Origin: Carcharhinus amblyrhynchos
Taxonomy: Eukaryota
Direction of reading: 5' to 3'
Assembly: GCA_965287045.1 (NCBI GenBank)
Contig: OZ336882.1
Coordinates: 23,188,001-23,252,000, forward strand
Length of the DNA stretch: 64,000 nucleotides
A model generated the notes under the pieces. The model saw only the letters and a program-made list of their open reading frames with translations. It had not been told where the DNA came from and made no database searches. Shown piece by piece: positions 1 to 11,944 of the stretch. The translations under genes and the position numbers were made by a program. Each line of letters starts with the position of its first letter. Position 1 is the first letter of the stretch.

Positions 1-39
1 ACAGTCCTGTCTTCAGGCATCTGTGGCATGTATGACTTT

Positions 40-620
40 GAGTTTCAAAACTCTTAGTTCTCGCTTCAGCTGACATTTTGTATACTCGAATATTCAAACT
101 CAGTTGCTGAACTTCTTTTGCAGACAGCTCCATCAAAACACCAATTTCTATGGCTTCTTTTAGTGCAAGGTTACTCTCGGTTAGCAACAGTTTCTGTATT
201 TCCTCACTTCTTAGACCACAGACCAGTCTGTCCCGAATTGTATCATTTAATACATCACCAAACTCACAGCGCTCGGCAAGTCTTTTTTCATACAGCCATG
301 AATTGTACAATTGATTTTTCTTTTTCATTTCTTCATGTTTATGAAATCAGAAGTGCTTTGCAATCACTAAAGGCTTTGGTGAATAGTGCGCTTGCAGAAT
401 CTCTTTGATTTCTTCATACATCTTAGTGCCTAGCTTCTCTGGCTGCAATACACTTCTGAAACTTTTTCCCCGCCATTATGCTCAAGCATGTGGGGAACTT
501 ACTATCTTCGGTTATTTTATTTGCTTGCACAAAATATTCGAACCTGCTTGGCATCGGAGCTCCATTGCTTCACACTTTTATCGAAGGGTCCCACGGCGCT
601 GAAAACTCCTGTTATTTTCT
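40..620 (-). mobile_element. Degenerate Ty3/gypsy gag remnant
   Basis: Manual translation of the minus strand gives ...YEEIKEILQAHYSPKPLVIAKHF*FHK...LAERCEFGDVLNDTIRDRLVCGLRSEEIQKLLLTESNLALKEAIEI, typical of gypsy Gag; contains stops and frameshifts. Confidence 0.8.
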
Positions 621-1204
621 TCCTGACGGGAGGACCACTTAGTGCGCAGTTTGCAGTGTATTTTCAGCAGCTACCTTACATTTCTCTTTTAAAACAGGGA
701 ACAACCCAAGCTTCAATCCGTATTTTACATACCTCCAGCACTATTCTTGCTTCTGCAATTGCTGTTTAATCACCTCGGAGGGCGATCGTGACTCATGGCC
801 ACTGAGCCCGTTCTATCCGGAACACGTGGAGAGCTCCTTTCTCTCAAAGATATTTTCCTGCTCCCTCAGTGGCTAGCAAGAACTATTCAACGCCCCTATC
901 ACCAATTTCTCAGTTGTGTCCGCAAGGTTGATGCTGGGAGGCATGGAGGCTGACAAGCTAAAGGCGTTTTATTGACGAGGTGTGTTGAGTACAGACTGCT
1001 TCTGTACTCCGCACAGTTACCTGCGCTAGCAATTACTGAGGTCACTTCTGGTGATTTCATGCATATATTATTAAATATTGCAGCTCGTCCTAAATCAACA
1101 TAATTACATAAATGATATAAGAAGGACAATCTTAGTACAATTAGGCAAGTTATGTGAACTCAAATGTGGTTTTAACTGGCAGATCAGAATTTCTATCTAC
1201 TATG

Positions 1205-1392
1205 AGGTGGTGGTGGAGGCAAATATGATAAGGGAATTTAAGGGGCTTTTAAATAAGCACATGAAAATGCAATGAATAGAGGGATATGGACCCAGGGCAG
1301 GCAGAAGGGATTAATTTAACTTGACCTCATGTTCGGCTTAACATTGTGGGCCAAAAGGCTTGTTCCTATGCTGTATTGTTCTATGTTCTATA
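1205..1392 (+). mobile_element. CR1 LINE 3' end fragment
   Basis: gtggtggaggca...tttaaggggcttttaaataagcacatg...gagggatatgga...tgctgtattgttctatgttcta, the CR1 ORF2 end and 3' UTR with short repeat tail. Confidence 0.75.
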
Positions 1393-1931
1393 TTCAAAAT
1401 GTCAACCATTTAAATAAAGTTTTTTGGTATCAGTTTACAATGACAACAAGAAATAGTCACATAGGGAGGGGAAGAGAATGGTGATGGGAGATAGAAGAAT
1501 GTTCAGCTGCAGTGATAAACATGTAATCACAAAGATGCATAAAGAATAGAGAAATACACTTGCAAAGTTATGAGATTTCCTTTATGTGACACCATCCATG
1601 CCTCCAAAGCTGTGCTGGGCTTTGGAAACATGTTGCAAGTTTGTGCATCCTGTTCTGTTTTGTTAGCTATTAAAGGTGCGCATTGGAAACAGAAAGAAAT
1701 AAAACCTGAGCAAAGAACCTCCAATTATTCTGAACCCCACCTCAAAAGGCAAAGAAGATACATTTTCCTTGTGATAGTAATAACATCAACTCATTGGTGA
1801 ATATAGACATAGACAGATCCTATCTCTGGCAGAGAGGACACACATTTGAGCAATAAACATTGTTCTAGAAACAAACATACATTCAAAAATTAAATATATT
1901 TATTTTTATTGTAAAAATAAATATAAAGTAC

Positions 1932-1955
1932 CTTTGATGAAAACATCCGAAGAAG
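1932..1955 (-). CDS. GABRG2: 24-nt alternatively spliced gamma-2L microexon (LLRMFSSK)
   Basis: Minus strand ttttgttttcttaaacaaaaag|CTTCTTCGGATGTTTTCATCAAAG|gtactt; 8 codons, phase 0/0, 7 of 8 residues identical to the mammalian LLRMFSFK insert, in the expected position after the M3 exon. Confidence 0.93.
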
Positions 1956-2804
1956 CTTTTTGTTTAAGAAAACAAAACAGAATAAAAATATTTAATGAAA
2001 GCTTAAAGGGACATATTATGAAGACAAGGCAAATAAAATCTGGAAATACAGTAGAAAGAAGTGCAGACAACTCAAAGAATTAACAAGTAGTAAGAAATTC
2101 ATTGTAGAACAGGTAACAAATGTTCCTGCTGAATAATCTGGCACATTCATGGATGGAATACATTGAGGGCATTTGGAATTGAACGCATGGTGTTGACAAC
2201 TTCATAAAATGCATCTTATTAGTTATACAGAGCATGAGTACATTTCCTTATTTTTTATTGCTGCTCATAAGTAATAAATGTGTAAAAGTTATTTTGAATG
2301 CATTAATTGAAAAGTATGATGGTATGATTAACACAATTATTTTGGTACAATGAACAGCCAACAGGTACATTGGTTAACTCTCATGTCAAAGATTGTAAAA
2401 ACTGGTTTGGGTCCAGTGAAAGGTTTGATAGAGATGTAAACATGAAACATGTGATGGCATCAAACTTTAACAACACATACTTTGCATTTCCTCATGGCAA
2501 TTCAAGGTTAGATCACTACAATGCCACAGAAAAGGATGAACAAATCATTTAATTAAATGACCATATTTCATAAAATGGGCTACATTTCCATTCTAAATGG
2601 AAAAAGAACAAGGGCTTATGAAGGTCAAAATGTGCCATATTTGCGCCCAAAGAAAATTTCTCTTCCAAACATATGCTATATTTCAGTATAGTGACCTTTT
2701 TTTTTCAAAAAATGTGCAGCATCACAATCTTTGACGGAGTCAGTGCTACAGCAAGAAGCTATGACAAAGCTTTTGAAGATGTGCTTCCATGCCTTATACC
2801 TATT

Positions 2805-3256
<452 letters not shown>

Positions 3257-3661
3257 TCAAACTCCCTTATTCAGTATTTAAAACTATAACTTGCTGTAGA
3301 AAAATGATAATGAAAGGTTCTATTTGTTTATGCCTTTCACCTTCATGTTAACATTTGCTTGATGTTAAACAAATTGCATTTTAGTAATGACATTTTACTG
3401 AACTTAAGTATATCCCAATATTTCTTTCACAAACACGTCATCTGGCAAATAATTTCAATCCCAGGAAACTAAAATTGATACATTGCTGTTATTGTGTAGG
3501 GACTCTTTAAAACATATTGGTGTGGATTTAGTGGTGAAGAAACTTGTTGCTGATTTGAAGAAAGCCACCTGCAAAGAGTTAATGATCGTTGCGATCTGGA
3601 TTTTATCTTTCCTGCCTCTACTTTCTTAGAAGACTAAGGAAATTTAGCACATCAGCTATGA

Positions 3662-4165
3662 TTCTCACCAACTTTTGCAGATGCACCATAGAAAACATTC
3701 TTTTTGGCTGTATCACAACTTGGTGTGGCTACTGCTCTGCCCAAGACCACAAGAAACTATAAAAGGTCGTGAGTGTAGCCCAATCCATCACGCAAACTAG
3801 CCTCCCATCCATTCTACACTTCCTGCTGCCTTGGAAAAGCAGCCAACATAATTAAGGACCCCACATACCCCAGACATGGTCTCTTTCACCTTCTTCCGTC
3901 AGGAAAAAGATACAGAAGTCTGATGTCATGTCATGTTAACTGAATCAAGAACAGCTTCTTCCCTGCTGCCACCAGACTTCTGAATGGAAATACCTTGCAC
4001 TAAGTTGATCTTTCTCTACACCCTAGCTATGACTATAACACTACATTTTGCATTGTCCCCTTTCCTTCTCTATGAACTGTATGCTTTGTCTGTATAACGT
4101 ACAAGAAACAATACTTTTCATTGTATACTAACGTATGTGACAATAATAAATCAAATCAAATCAAA
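3662..4165 (+). mobile_element. Rex1/Babar-type LINE 3' end
   Basis: RCTIENILFGCITTWCGYCS-like coding remnant, gaacagcttcttccctgctgcc, and an aataaatcaaatcaaatcaaa tail; same family as 29070-29824. Confidence 0.75.
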
Positions 4166-4704
4166 GTTGAATCTGACACTGAACATCCAATAACAGTAAT
4201 ATCAGCAAACAGGGTAAGCAGCAAATCACATTGAAGAATTCTCACAGACAACAAACCAGGAAGTAAAATGCACTGATTACCCTTCATTTTTTTTTCAATT
4301 TTACAGAGCAAGAAATAAAGGTTGGGGCATGCAGAATGAAAGCAGAAATGAAATCATTTTTCATGATATGTGAAAACCACAGATCTTTTATCATAGTGGG
4401 AAACTTAGGCAGAGCAAAATTACAAAATTGATTTGCCAGGACCGGAGAGGAGTAGTTACACCTCATTAATAAGGCAGGATTTTTTTGGGGAGGAGGGTAA
4501 CATTGATATTACAGCACAAGAAAAGAGAATTTCCCACCAGTTCAGTAACTTCTAATTGATCTCCAACTGTTGGGACTTCAACAGCGTACCCAGTAGAGCA
4601 ACGAGAAAACCACTGACAGAGTCTTCTGGATTTCTGCACACATGCAGATGCTAGAAGTCACAATGAATTTCACAATTGTAATAACAGTTTCATGCTCATC
4701 ACCA

Positions 4705-5175
4705 CCCAACTTTGTGTCATCTGCAAACTTGGAGATAATACATTTAGTTCCCTCTTACAAATGATTAATATGTGATGTAAATAGTTGGGGTCCTAGCACA
4801 AATCCCTGCGGTATCGTATCAGTCACTGCCTGCGAATCATAAAATGACCCATTTATGTCAATTCTTTGCTTCCTATCTGCTAACCAGTTTTCTATCTATC
4901 TCAAGACATTACCTGCAAATCCCACAGGCTTTAACTTCACATAGTAGTCTGCTATTTGAGATCTTGTCAAAAGCTTTCTGGAAGTCTAAATAAACCACAT
5001 CCACCAGTTCTCCTCGGTCAATTCTACTAGTTACATCCTCAAAGAATTCCAATAGATTCGTCAAGCATGACTTCTCTTTTGTAAATCTATACTAACTTTG
5101 TCTAATTATACCACTGCTTTCCAAATGCTGAACCAGGAAATCTTTGGTAATACACTTGAGCAACTTTGCCACGAT
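4705..5175 (-). mobile_element. CR1 LINE RT-region fragment
   Basis: Contains gtgtcatctgcaaactt (minus: SKFADDTK) and DFQKAFDK coding remnants. Confidence 0.8.
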
Positions 5176-5429
5176 GGATGACTCACTGGTCTATAGCTGA
5201 GCAGCGGGATTATAAGGAGGGAAAGAAAAAATGGAAGAGGAGGAACATAAAGAGGAAAGTGAAGCTACAATGTAGACAGTCCCTTTCACTCCAGTTCCAC
5301 TGGATCAAAATAGTTCAGAACCCACATCAGTATCCTCTATCACGTCTCTCTATTCACCAACAGCCCACTTTCTCTTTTCTTCCACCTTTTGCAACACTGC
5401 AATTGTACCCATGGTTTCTTGATGTGTTT

Positions 5430-5905
5430 TCCCCTGAAAACATCTCTGAATTGAATGAGGAGTTTGACAAGGGTATTGTTTATCACCTGTCCTCTTCAAT
5501 ATCTATGCAGACATAATGGTATTAGAGGCCTTTGAAGGCACAAAATCTGACATTAAGATTGCGGGAGGCAAATGATAACCACAATTAGCTTTATAGATGT
5601 CAAAGCATTTGTAGAAAGCACAGAAGAAATATAAGAACCAGTAGATAGATTAGCAGCCATGAACTTTGGAATGAAAATCAACATTGGCAAAATCAAAGTA
5701 ATGCACATCTCAAAATCATCAAGAAATATTTGTATATTCATCAAAGGAAATAAACTGATGTGAGAAATCAAATATTTAGAAAGCATAAGTATTTGCAGAT
5801 GGACGGTGCAGAAAGAAATAAGAACAAAGGGAGCAATGGGAAAAGGCCTTATTTAGCAAGAAGAAACAGTTGCTAACCAGAAAACTAAATAAATAACTCA
5901 AGAAA
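5430..5905 (+). mobile_element. Old RTE-clade LINE RT remnant
   Basis: Remnants LSPVLFNIYADIM, GMKINIGKIKVM, IKYLES, DGRCRKEIRT, FSKKKQLLTRKLNK in shifting frames. Confidence 0.6.
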
Positions 5906-6935
5906 TGTGGCATTTTTAAAGGACAAGCCTGCAGACCATAAAGGTACAAACAAACTAACAAGAGCTTTATTGGAAAGGTGTTTACTTTACAGGCTGTTAG
6001 AATAGACTGCCCATTTGCCCGAATAAACAGCCAATGATGTCATCAGGACGTGATATGGTTGGTCCTTAAGTTGGTTCCTAGTTGTTCCATCTAGGAACAA
6101 CTAAAATACATAACACTTTCCTCCCCCTTCATATCAAACGTTCCTGAGACGAAACACCGTATAACATTAACAATGAAAATTCTCAGTATGAATAATTAAT
6201 AAACACAACAGTCAATAGTTTCGATGTTTCGGAGGACTGATTTCTGGGTGGTTGGTCATGAACCTTGGGTGTCTGCTTTTGTTGACTGCAGCCTCTTGTG
6301 TTTTTGGTTTAGTTTGGTTGTTTACACAGTCAGTGTTGAAGTACTGAGTTATTGTCTTTCCCAATTGTTTAGAGATTGTCCAGGTCTTCACTTGGCACAG
6401 CGTGTTGTGGACTCTAGACTGATTCTGTCTCTGCCAAACTGCTTGGTTGCCAAAATCGGGTCCACATGTCTTCTCTATATTACATTGTCTCAGGTTTGTG
6501 TGGTGTAGGAGACTGGTCCTGACAATGGTACATATCCACTTCTCACTGGTAATCTAGTTCCTCGCTAATCCTTCTTGACTTTATATAAAAAAATGCTTAG
6601 TCCTGCTCTCACATCATAATGGCACTAGTGGCAGCAGTTTCTGAACTTTTGCACAAGGTGAACACGTACTCAATTTCAGTATTGGTCAATGATCCATTAA
6701 TAGAGTAAATTTCCTTCCATTAACGTATTGGTAAAAATGTTTGATTCCAAAACTGATTCCTAGAGCTTCTTTCTCTATCTGTGCATTGTTCATTTGTGCT
6801 TTGTTCAAGGATCTTGATGCAAAGCTTCTCTTCACCATTGGGCATTTTGTGAGAAACCACCACCTCCACTCCATAAGGTGATGCGTCACATGCCAATTAC
6901 AAAGGTAAGTTTGGATCAAAGTGTGCCTGGACATC
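5906..6935 (-). mobile_element. Ty3/gypsy 3' remnant: RNase H fragment, polypurine tract and ~210-bp 3' LTR
   Basis: ORF 6686-6934 contains [45 protein letters not shown] (gypsy RNase H). On the minus strand the PPT aagggggaggaaag is followed directly by TGTTA at 6115; the LTR contains AATAAA and plausibly ends ...gccaCA at 5906. Confidence 0.8.
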
Positions 6936-7362
6936 TCAAACTAGTATAGAGGAGGATATAAACTAATTTGGCCAATATATAAGCACCAGGATGAAATGTT
7001 TTCAAGGAGAAAATGGTACGCATGGGACTAGGAAACATGAATGGCAAATGGAGTAGGAAGGATTAGAAAGCAGATAGATGTGAGCAGTCCAATATGGGTT
7101 TGGACTGCATAAGTGCATGCAGCATGATAAATCAGGCTGGTAAGCGTCGATACAATTCATAATCTCGGATCATGAAATAGAGGAAAAATAGAAGGGGAGG
7201 ACTGACAGCTTAATATTCTTGACTGCAGAGTATTCAGGAAATTTTAAAGAACAAATAGAGGGGGCAGCAGTATTTATCAAATAAATCATTTCAGCATTGG
7301 AAAGTGATGATGTGGTTAAGGAGTGAAAGAAGCTATTTGAGTATTGTTGAAAACAGAGACAT

Positions 7363-7394
7363 GTCAAAACTTTTCATCCTGCACTCATCAGGAC
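7363..7394 (-). ncRNA. Minimal hammerhead ribozyme motif in a Penelope-like terminal repeat fragment (~7345-7500)
   Basis: Minus strand gtc-CTGATGA-gtgcaggat-GAAA-agtttt-gac: both core boxes and a gtc/gac stem I are present; stems II and III are weak. Confidence 0.55.
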
Positions 7395-7591
7395 ACTTCA
7401 TAAGAATATCAGTATAAGGGGAAAACAACAATTTGTACTGAAGATTGGTTGGTAAGTGGACTCTAATTGGTAGTGACATTGCTATGGAGAATGATGGTGA
7501 TTGAAATATAAAGCTACAATTATTTCAACAGGCATTCTGCATTCACAGTTTGACTGACCGTTTAAAAAGGCTATTAAAGAATAAAAGTTTA

Positions 7592-7890
7592 AAGTTTTAG
7601 TTTATTAGTGCCATAACTCACCTTACATTAATACTGTAATGAAGTTACTGTGAAAATCTCCTAGTCACCACACTCTGCTGACTGTTTGGGTACACTGAGG
7701 GAAAAGTTAGCTTTGCAATGCACCTAACCAGCACATGTTTTGGAGGAAAGCAGAACACCCGGAGGAAACCCATGCAGACACAGAGAAGATGTGCAGATTC
7801 TGCTCAGTTAGTGACCTAAACCAGGAAGTGAACTCAGGTCCCTGGAGCTGTGAGGCAGCAGTGCTAATCACTGTGCCACTGTGCTGCCCT
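7592..7890 (-). mobile_element. HE1/V-SINE-like tRNA-derived SINE
   Basis: Minus strand starts gggcagcacagtggcacagtgattagcactgctgcctcacagctccagggacc (tRNA-like A/B boxes); aataaactaaaacttt tail. Confidence 0.85.
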
Positions 7891-8439
7891 GTTAGCAGGC
7901 TTTGATGCGACTGAATAGAAGTTTGTTTGCTTTTATAAGAAATTATCCACTTGAGCAGATTTAAAAGTTCTGAATAGAACTTCTGAATGGGAATTTTTTC
8001 ACTATCAATTGTGAAAGATTGAGATCTGCATTAGATTGCTAGAAGTTTATTTTTTCATCACTGTAGACTCCTGACTTGCACCCATGATGGATACTGGGTA
8101 ACTGGATATGGGGGTGGCATGAAGATTATGTGGAGCTACCTGGGGGTAGGTAAAGGGAGTGTTGGGAGGAGGTGAGGGTGAAAGAGGTTAATGCCTTTCA
8201 AACCAAGAGGGGCAATGTCCTAGAGAACTGAGGCTAACCCATCTTCGTACTCGCCTGCCCCTGTGGGCCTTCGATCTGCTCCCAGAGTCAATGGGCACTG
8301 CTCTATCTCACGTCTGTTGCATACACACCCCGTTCCCACCCACCTGCCAGAGTGAAAACTGTGCATTTCTGTGTACTTTTTGGCCAAGTGGGCAAGTTAT
8401 CTACCTCAGTTGTGCAAATCCGGTCCATACAGTACGAAA

Positions 8440-8990
8440 ACAATGACATTCAGCTAAACCTTTATATAACACAGGCTTGGGCTCACCTGGAGTATTGTGT
8501 TCAATTCTGGAAACAACACTACAACAACAATGCCCAGACTTTAGGGAAGATACAGAAGGGATTTACGAGTATGGTTCCAGGGATAAAGCAAATCAATTAT
8601 GTGGAGGGACAGGAGAAGTTGGATTTGTTCTCCTTGGAGTAAAAAACTTTGAGGTGGGATTTGACAGAGACGTTCCAAAGCATGAATAGCTCTAATGGGG
8701 TAAATGTTTTCAGTAGTAGAAGGGCCGGTAACCATGAGAACGTAGGTTTCAAGTGATGGACAAAATAACGACATAATTTGTCCGTCTCAAGTTGACATAA
8801 CCTTGAATGCAGTGCATGAAAGGGTGGTAGAATCAGCTTCCCAAAGGGAATCAGATAAATATTTAAAGGAAAAATAATTACCAGGTCATGGGGACAGAGT
8901 TGGGAAATGGGACTAATTGGATAGCTTTGTCAAAGAGCTGGCATGAGCACAATGGGCTGACTGGCCTCCTGTGCTGTATCATTCTACGAA
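8440..8990 (+). mobile_element. CR1 LINE 3' portion
   Basis: ORF 8352-8642 has AHLEYCVQFW...IQKGFTSMVPG...LDLFSLE, the CR1 ORF2 C-terminus, followed by the 3' UTR. Confidence 0.85.
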
Positions 8991-9959
8991 ATCTTTTCTT
9001 TTAATGAGCTGTCATCACTAATGTTGAATATTATTTTCAAATGATTTGCATTAACTGCTTTCTCAGGAAGATTAATTATATACCTATTATAATGGATGTT
9101 TGTGCTTTTTGGTTTGGCAGCTAAATATATCACCCTTCTCTTCCCCGGCAATTGCTCATGAAATGAAGTTCAATGGTCTCATTAGATCCTGCAACAGTAA
9201 AACTAAAATATTTTACTAATTATTGCAGTCAATTCACAGTATGATTCTGGAAAAAATGGACACGTAAAGTTTAAGTCACAGCTTGTGAGTGATGGCACAT
9301 GCAATGCCTTTTACAAAGACAGTATTGACATTTATTTACTCAATTGTTTTCTGGCGATGTGCTAAGTGACAAATCGATGAGACTAAATGCCTGTCAAAAA
9401 ATTTACCAGCATAGGGAGACATAACTACCCATTTGGACCCCACTTTAAAAGCTAAATGACTGTCTGTAATAGGTCCCACAGGATTAAAACTGAAATCAGA
9501 TTGCATGGCAATTGAGTTCTGCACATCACAGAAACTATTCAGCTCCTATGTAAAGGATAAGTGCTGGTGGTCCCACTGGATTTAACATTCATCCCATGAA
9601 CATAACTGGCCAGCAACACATGATAATAAAGTCCTCAGTGTGTTACGAATTCATTCTGCTCAGTGGATAAACATTAGACCCAGAGGGACTTCCATCTTTA
9701 TCACCGTGCTCTAAAATATGTTTATGTTCTGGGAATTATGCTATAAATTGTGAAGAACTGTGTCCAGTTGAAGTCAGGAATAGTGACTGATGTTCTGGCC
9801 ACACAAGACCAAGTAATAGGCGAGTACAGACAGAAAGGTCATTGTTATAATGCAGAATGGTGACGCTGTGTCAAGGTGCTAGAGTGGACTAATTTGTGCA
9901 GACTGTCGGTCAATTTACAATAGGCCTGTGGCTGCACAGTGGTATAAATATAGATCCAG

Positions 9960-10390
9960 CCTTGGCACTCTCCCCTCTGTGGCAGGTTGTGGGTTCAGGT
10001 TCCAGTCAAAATACCTGAGCACGTAATCTCGGCCGGCAGTTCAGCGCATCACTGAGTGAGCATGGCACAATCAGAGGTGCCATATTTCAAGTGCTACGCC
10101 AAAGCAGATTGTCCTTTTCAGATGGTTGGGAAAAAAAAATCACACGGCATTATTCAAAGGAGAATGGAGGAGATTTCCCAATGTCCTGGCTGACGTTTAT
10201 ATCCTTCAACTGATGCCTAAAAACTGATACTCGGGTAACTCGTTCCATTGCTGTGTGTAGGAGCTTGCTGTGTGAAAATGGGTTTGCATGTTTCCTAATA
10301 TGACAGAGAATACAATTATAAGTACTTCACTGGACGAAAACTGTTTCAGGTGTCCTCGGGTTATTTGGTGCTTTTAAAAATGCCTTTATA
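9960..10390 (+). mobile_element. Ancient Deu-domain SINE (SacSINE1/AmnSINE1-like)
   Basis: Motifs cctgagcacgtaatct, agaggtgccat, cttttcagatgg, ggcattattcaaagga, tgtcctggctgac and ggagcttgctgtgtgaaaatggg occur in the order of the Deu central domain as I recall it. Confidence 0.65.
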
Positions 10391-10631
10391 TGGGGATAAT
10401 ATATTAATAATGATTTTATACAAGCAAGAATCACACCAAAATACCTCCACAACACAGAATAAACAAACAATAAAAACTGTTCAGAACTGAAATATTGTCT
10501 GGAATGTTGAAATTTGACATGTTAATGCTCCACACATTTCACTTTTAAGGTCAAGGTTGCTGTTTCAGCTTGAGATTGCTGAAACAGTTGATTGATAAGA
10601 ATCAGCGCAAATCATGTAGCTATCACAAGTT

Positions 10632-10960
10632 ATAGAATATAGAATCCCTATAGTGTAGGAGGAGGTCATTTGGCTCATCAAGCCTGCACCGACCTCAATC
10701 CCATCTAGGACCTATTCCTGTAAGCCCATGCATTTACCCTAGCTAGTCCTCCTGGCACAAAGGGGCAATTTAACATGGTCAGTCCACCTAACTTGCACAT
10801 CTTTGGGCGTGGAAGGAAACCAGAGCACCTGCAGGAAACCCACGCAGACACAGTGAGAACGTGCAAACTCCACACAGACAGTGATCCAAGCCGGGAATCA
10901 AACTCAGATCCCTGTCACTGTGAGGCAGCAGTGCTAACCACTGTGCCACTGTGTTGCCCA
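10632..10960 (-). mobile_element. HE1/V-SINE with CR1-type tail
   Basis: tRNA-like head at the 10960 end; tail ending ggattctatattctat on the minus strand. Confidence 0.85.
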
Positions 10961-11742
10961 GGCGGCATATACTGACGTGGTATCAAATTTTACACTTCCG
11001 TTATGTATAATTAATTTACAATAATGGCCGATCTTCAGCAGTTTTTTGGCGTAGTACAGCAGTCTATCTGGCTATATTATTTTCATACATTATGTATAAA
11101 CTCAGTCATGAATTTATTAACTGGGGCCCTGCTGATGCTCACTACCACCAATATCAAATGGACTGTAAACAAAAAGGAAATTAAGTAAATTTTGATTGCA
11201 ATGTTAAATTAATATTCTGGGAAATTTTTTGACCAATTATGAAAAAAATGAGTTTTCCATTCTGTGGTTAATTGCCTACTTCATAAAATTTAAATTGTGC
11301 ATAATCTTTGAATAGAATGGATTTGAAGGATTGAAGGATATTTTCTCTTGATTTTTTGTGCTCTGTAGAATATGCCATAAACTCCACAGGATATAAAAAT
11401 AAAGAAAACAAATGCTGTGAGGTCATGAGACAATCTCTGGCATTCATTCAAAATTCAGTGCCCTTGCTGACAAAATTATAAGGGTGATTCTCGCATCTTG
11501 TTATGCTGCTTTCGTAGTGCAGCAAGCTGGGAGACCCTAGCGGAGGCTGTTTCGTGGGGTCCCCGCTGGGCGCCAAGACCTCCATGTGCCTCCCAGCGCA
11601 GGATTTCCAGAGCCGTCAGCTGCACACCAGAAATCGGTGCCGAGCTGCATATTAGATGCAGATTTGAATATAATTGCAATCTCGGTGGGTCCGGGGCTGA
11701 AGTCTCTGGGCCTGCTAGTCTCTTGCCCCCACCCGTAATGCA

Positions 11743-11912
11743 AGGTAAGTCCATTCAAAAGTCTGATAGCAGCAGGGAAGAAGCTGTTCTTCAGTTGGTT
11801 GGTATATAACCTCAGACTTTTGTATCTTTTTCCCAAGGGAGGAAGGTGGAAGGCAGAATGTCCGGGGTGCATGGGATCCTTAATTATGCTGACTGCTTTG
11901 TCAAGGCAGCAG
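11743..11912 (-). mobile_element. Rex1-type LINE fragment
   Basis: HPGHSAFHLPPLGKRYKSLRLYTNQLKNSFFPAAIRLLNG in ORF 11537-11872. Confidence 0.75.
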
Positions 11913-11944
11913 AAAATTAAGAGATGGGAGGTTGGCCATTATGC

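Noticed and set aside
913-1075. Possible 5' LTR and primer-binding site upstream of the gypsy gag remnant
   Set aside because: AATAAA and a TGG are present, but LTR boundaries and tRNA complementarity could not be established.
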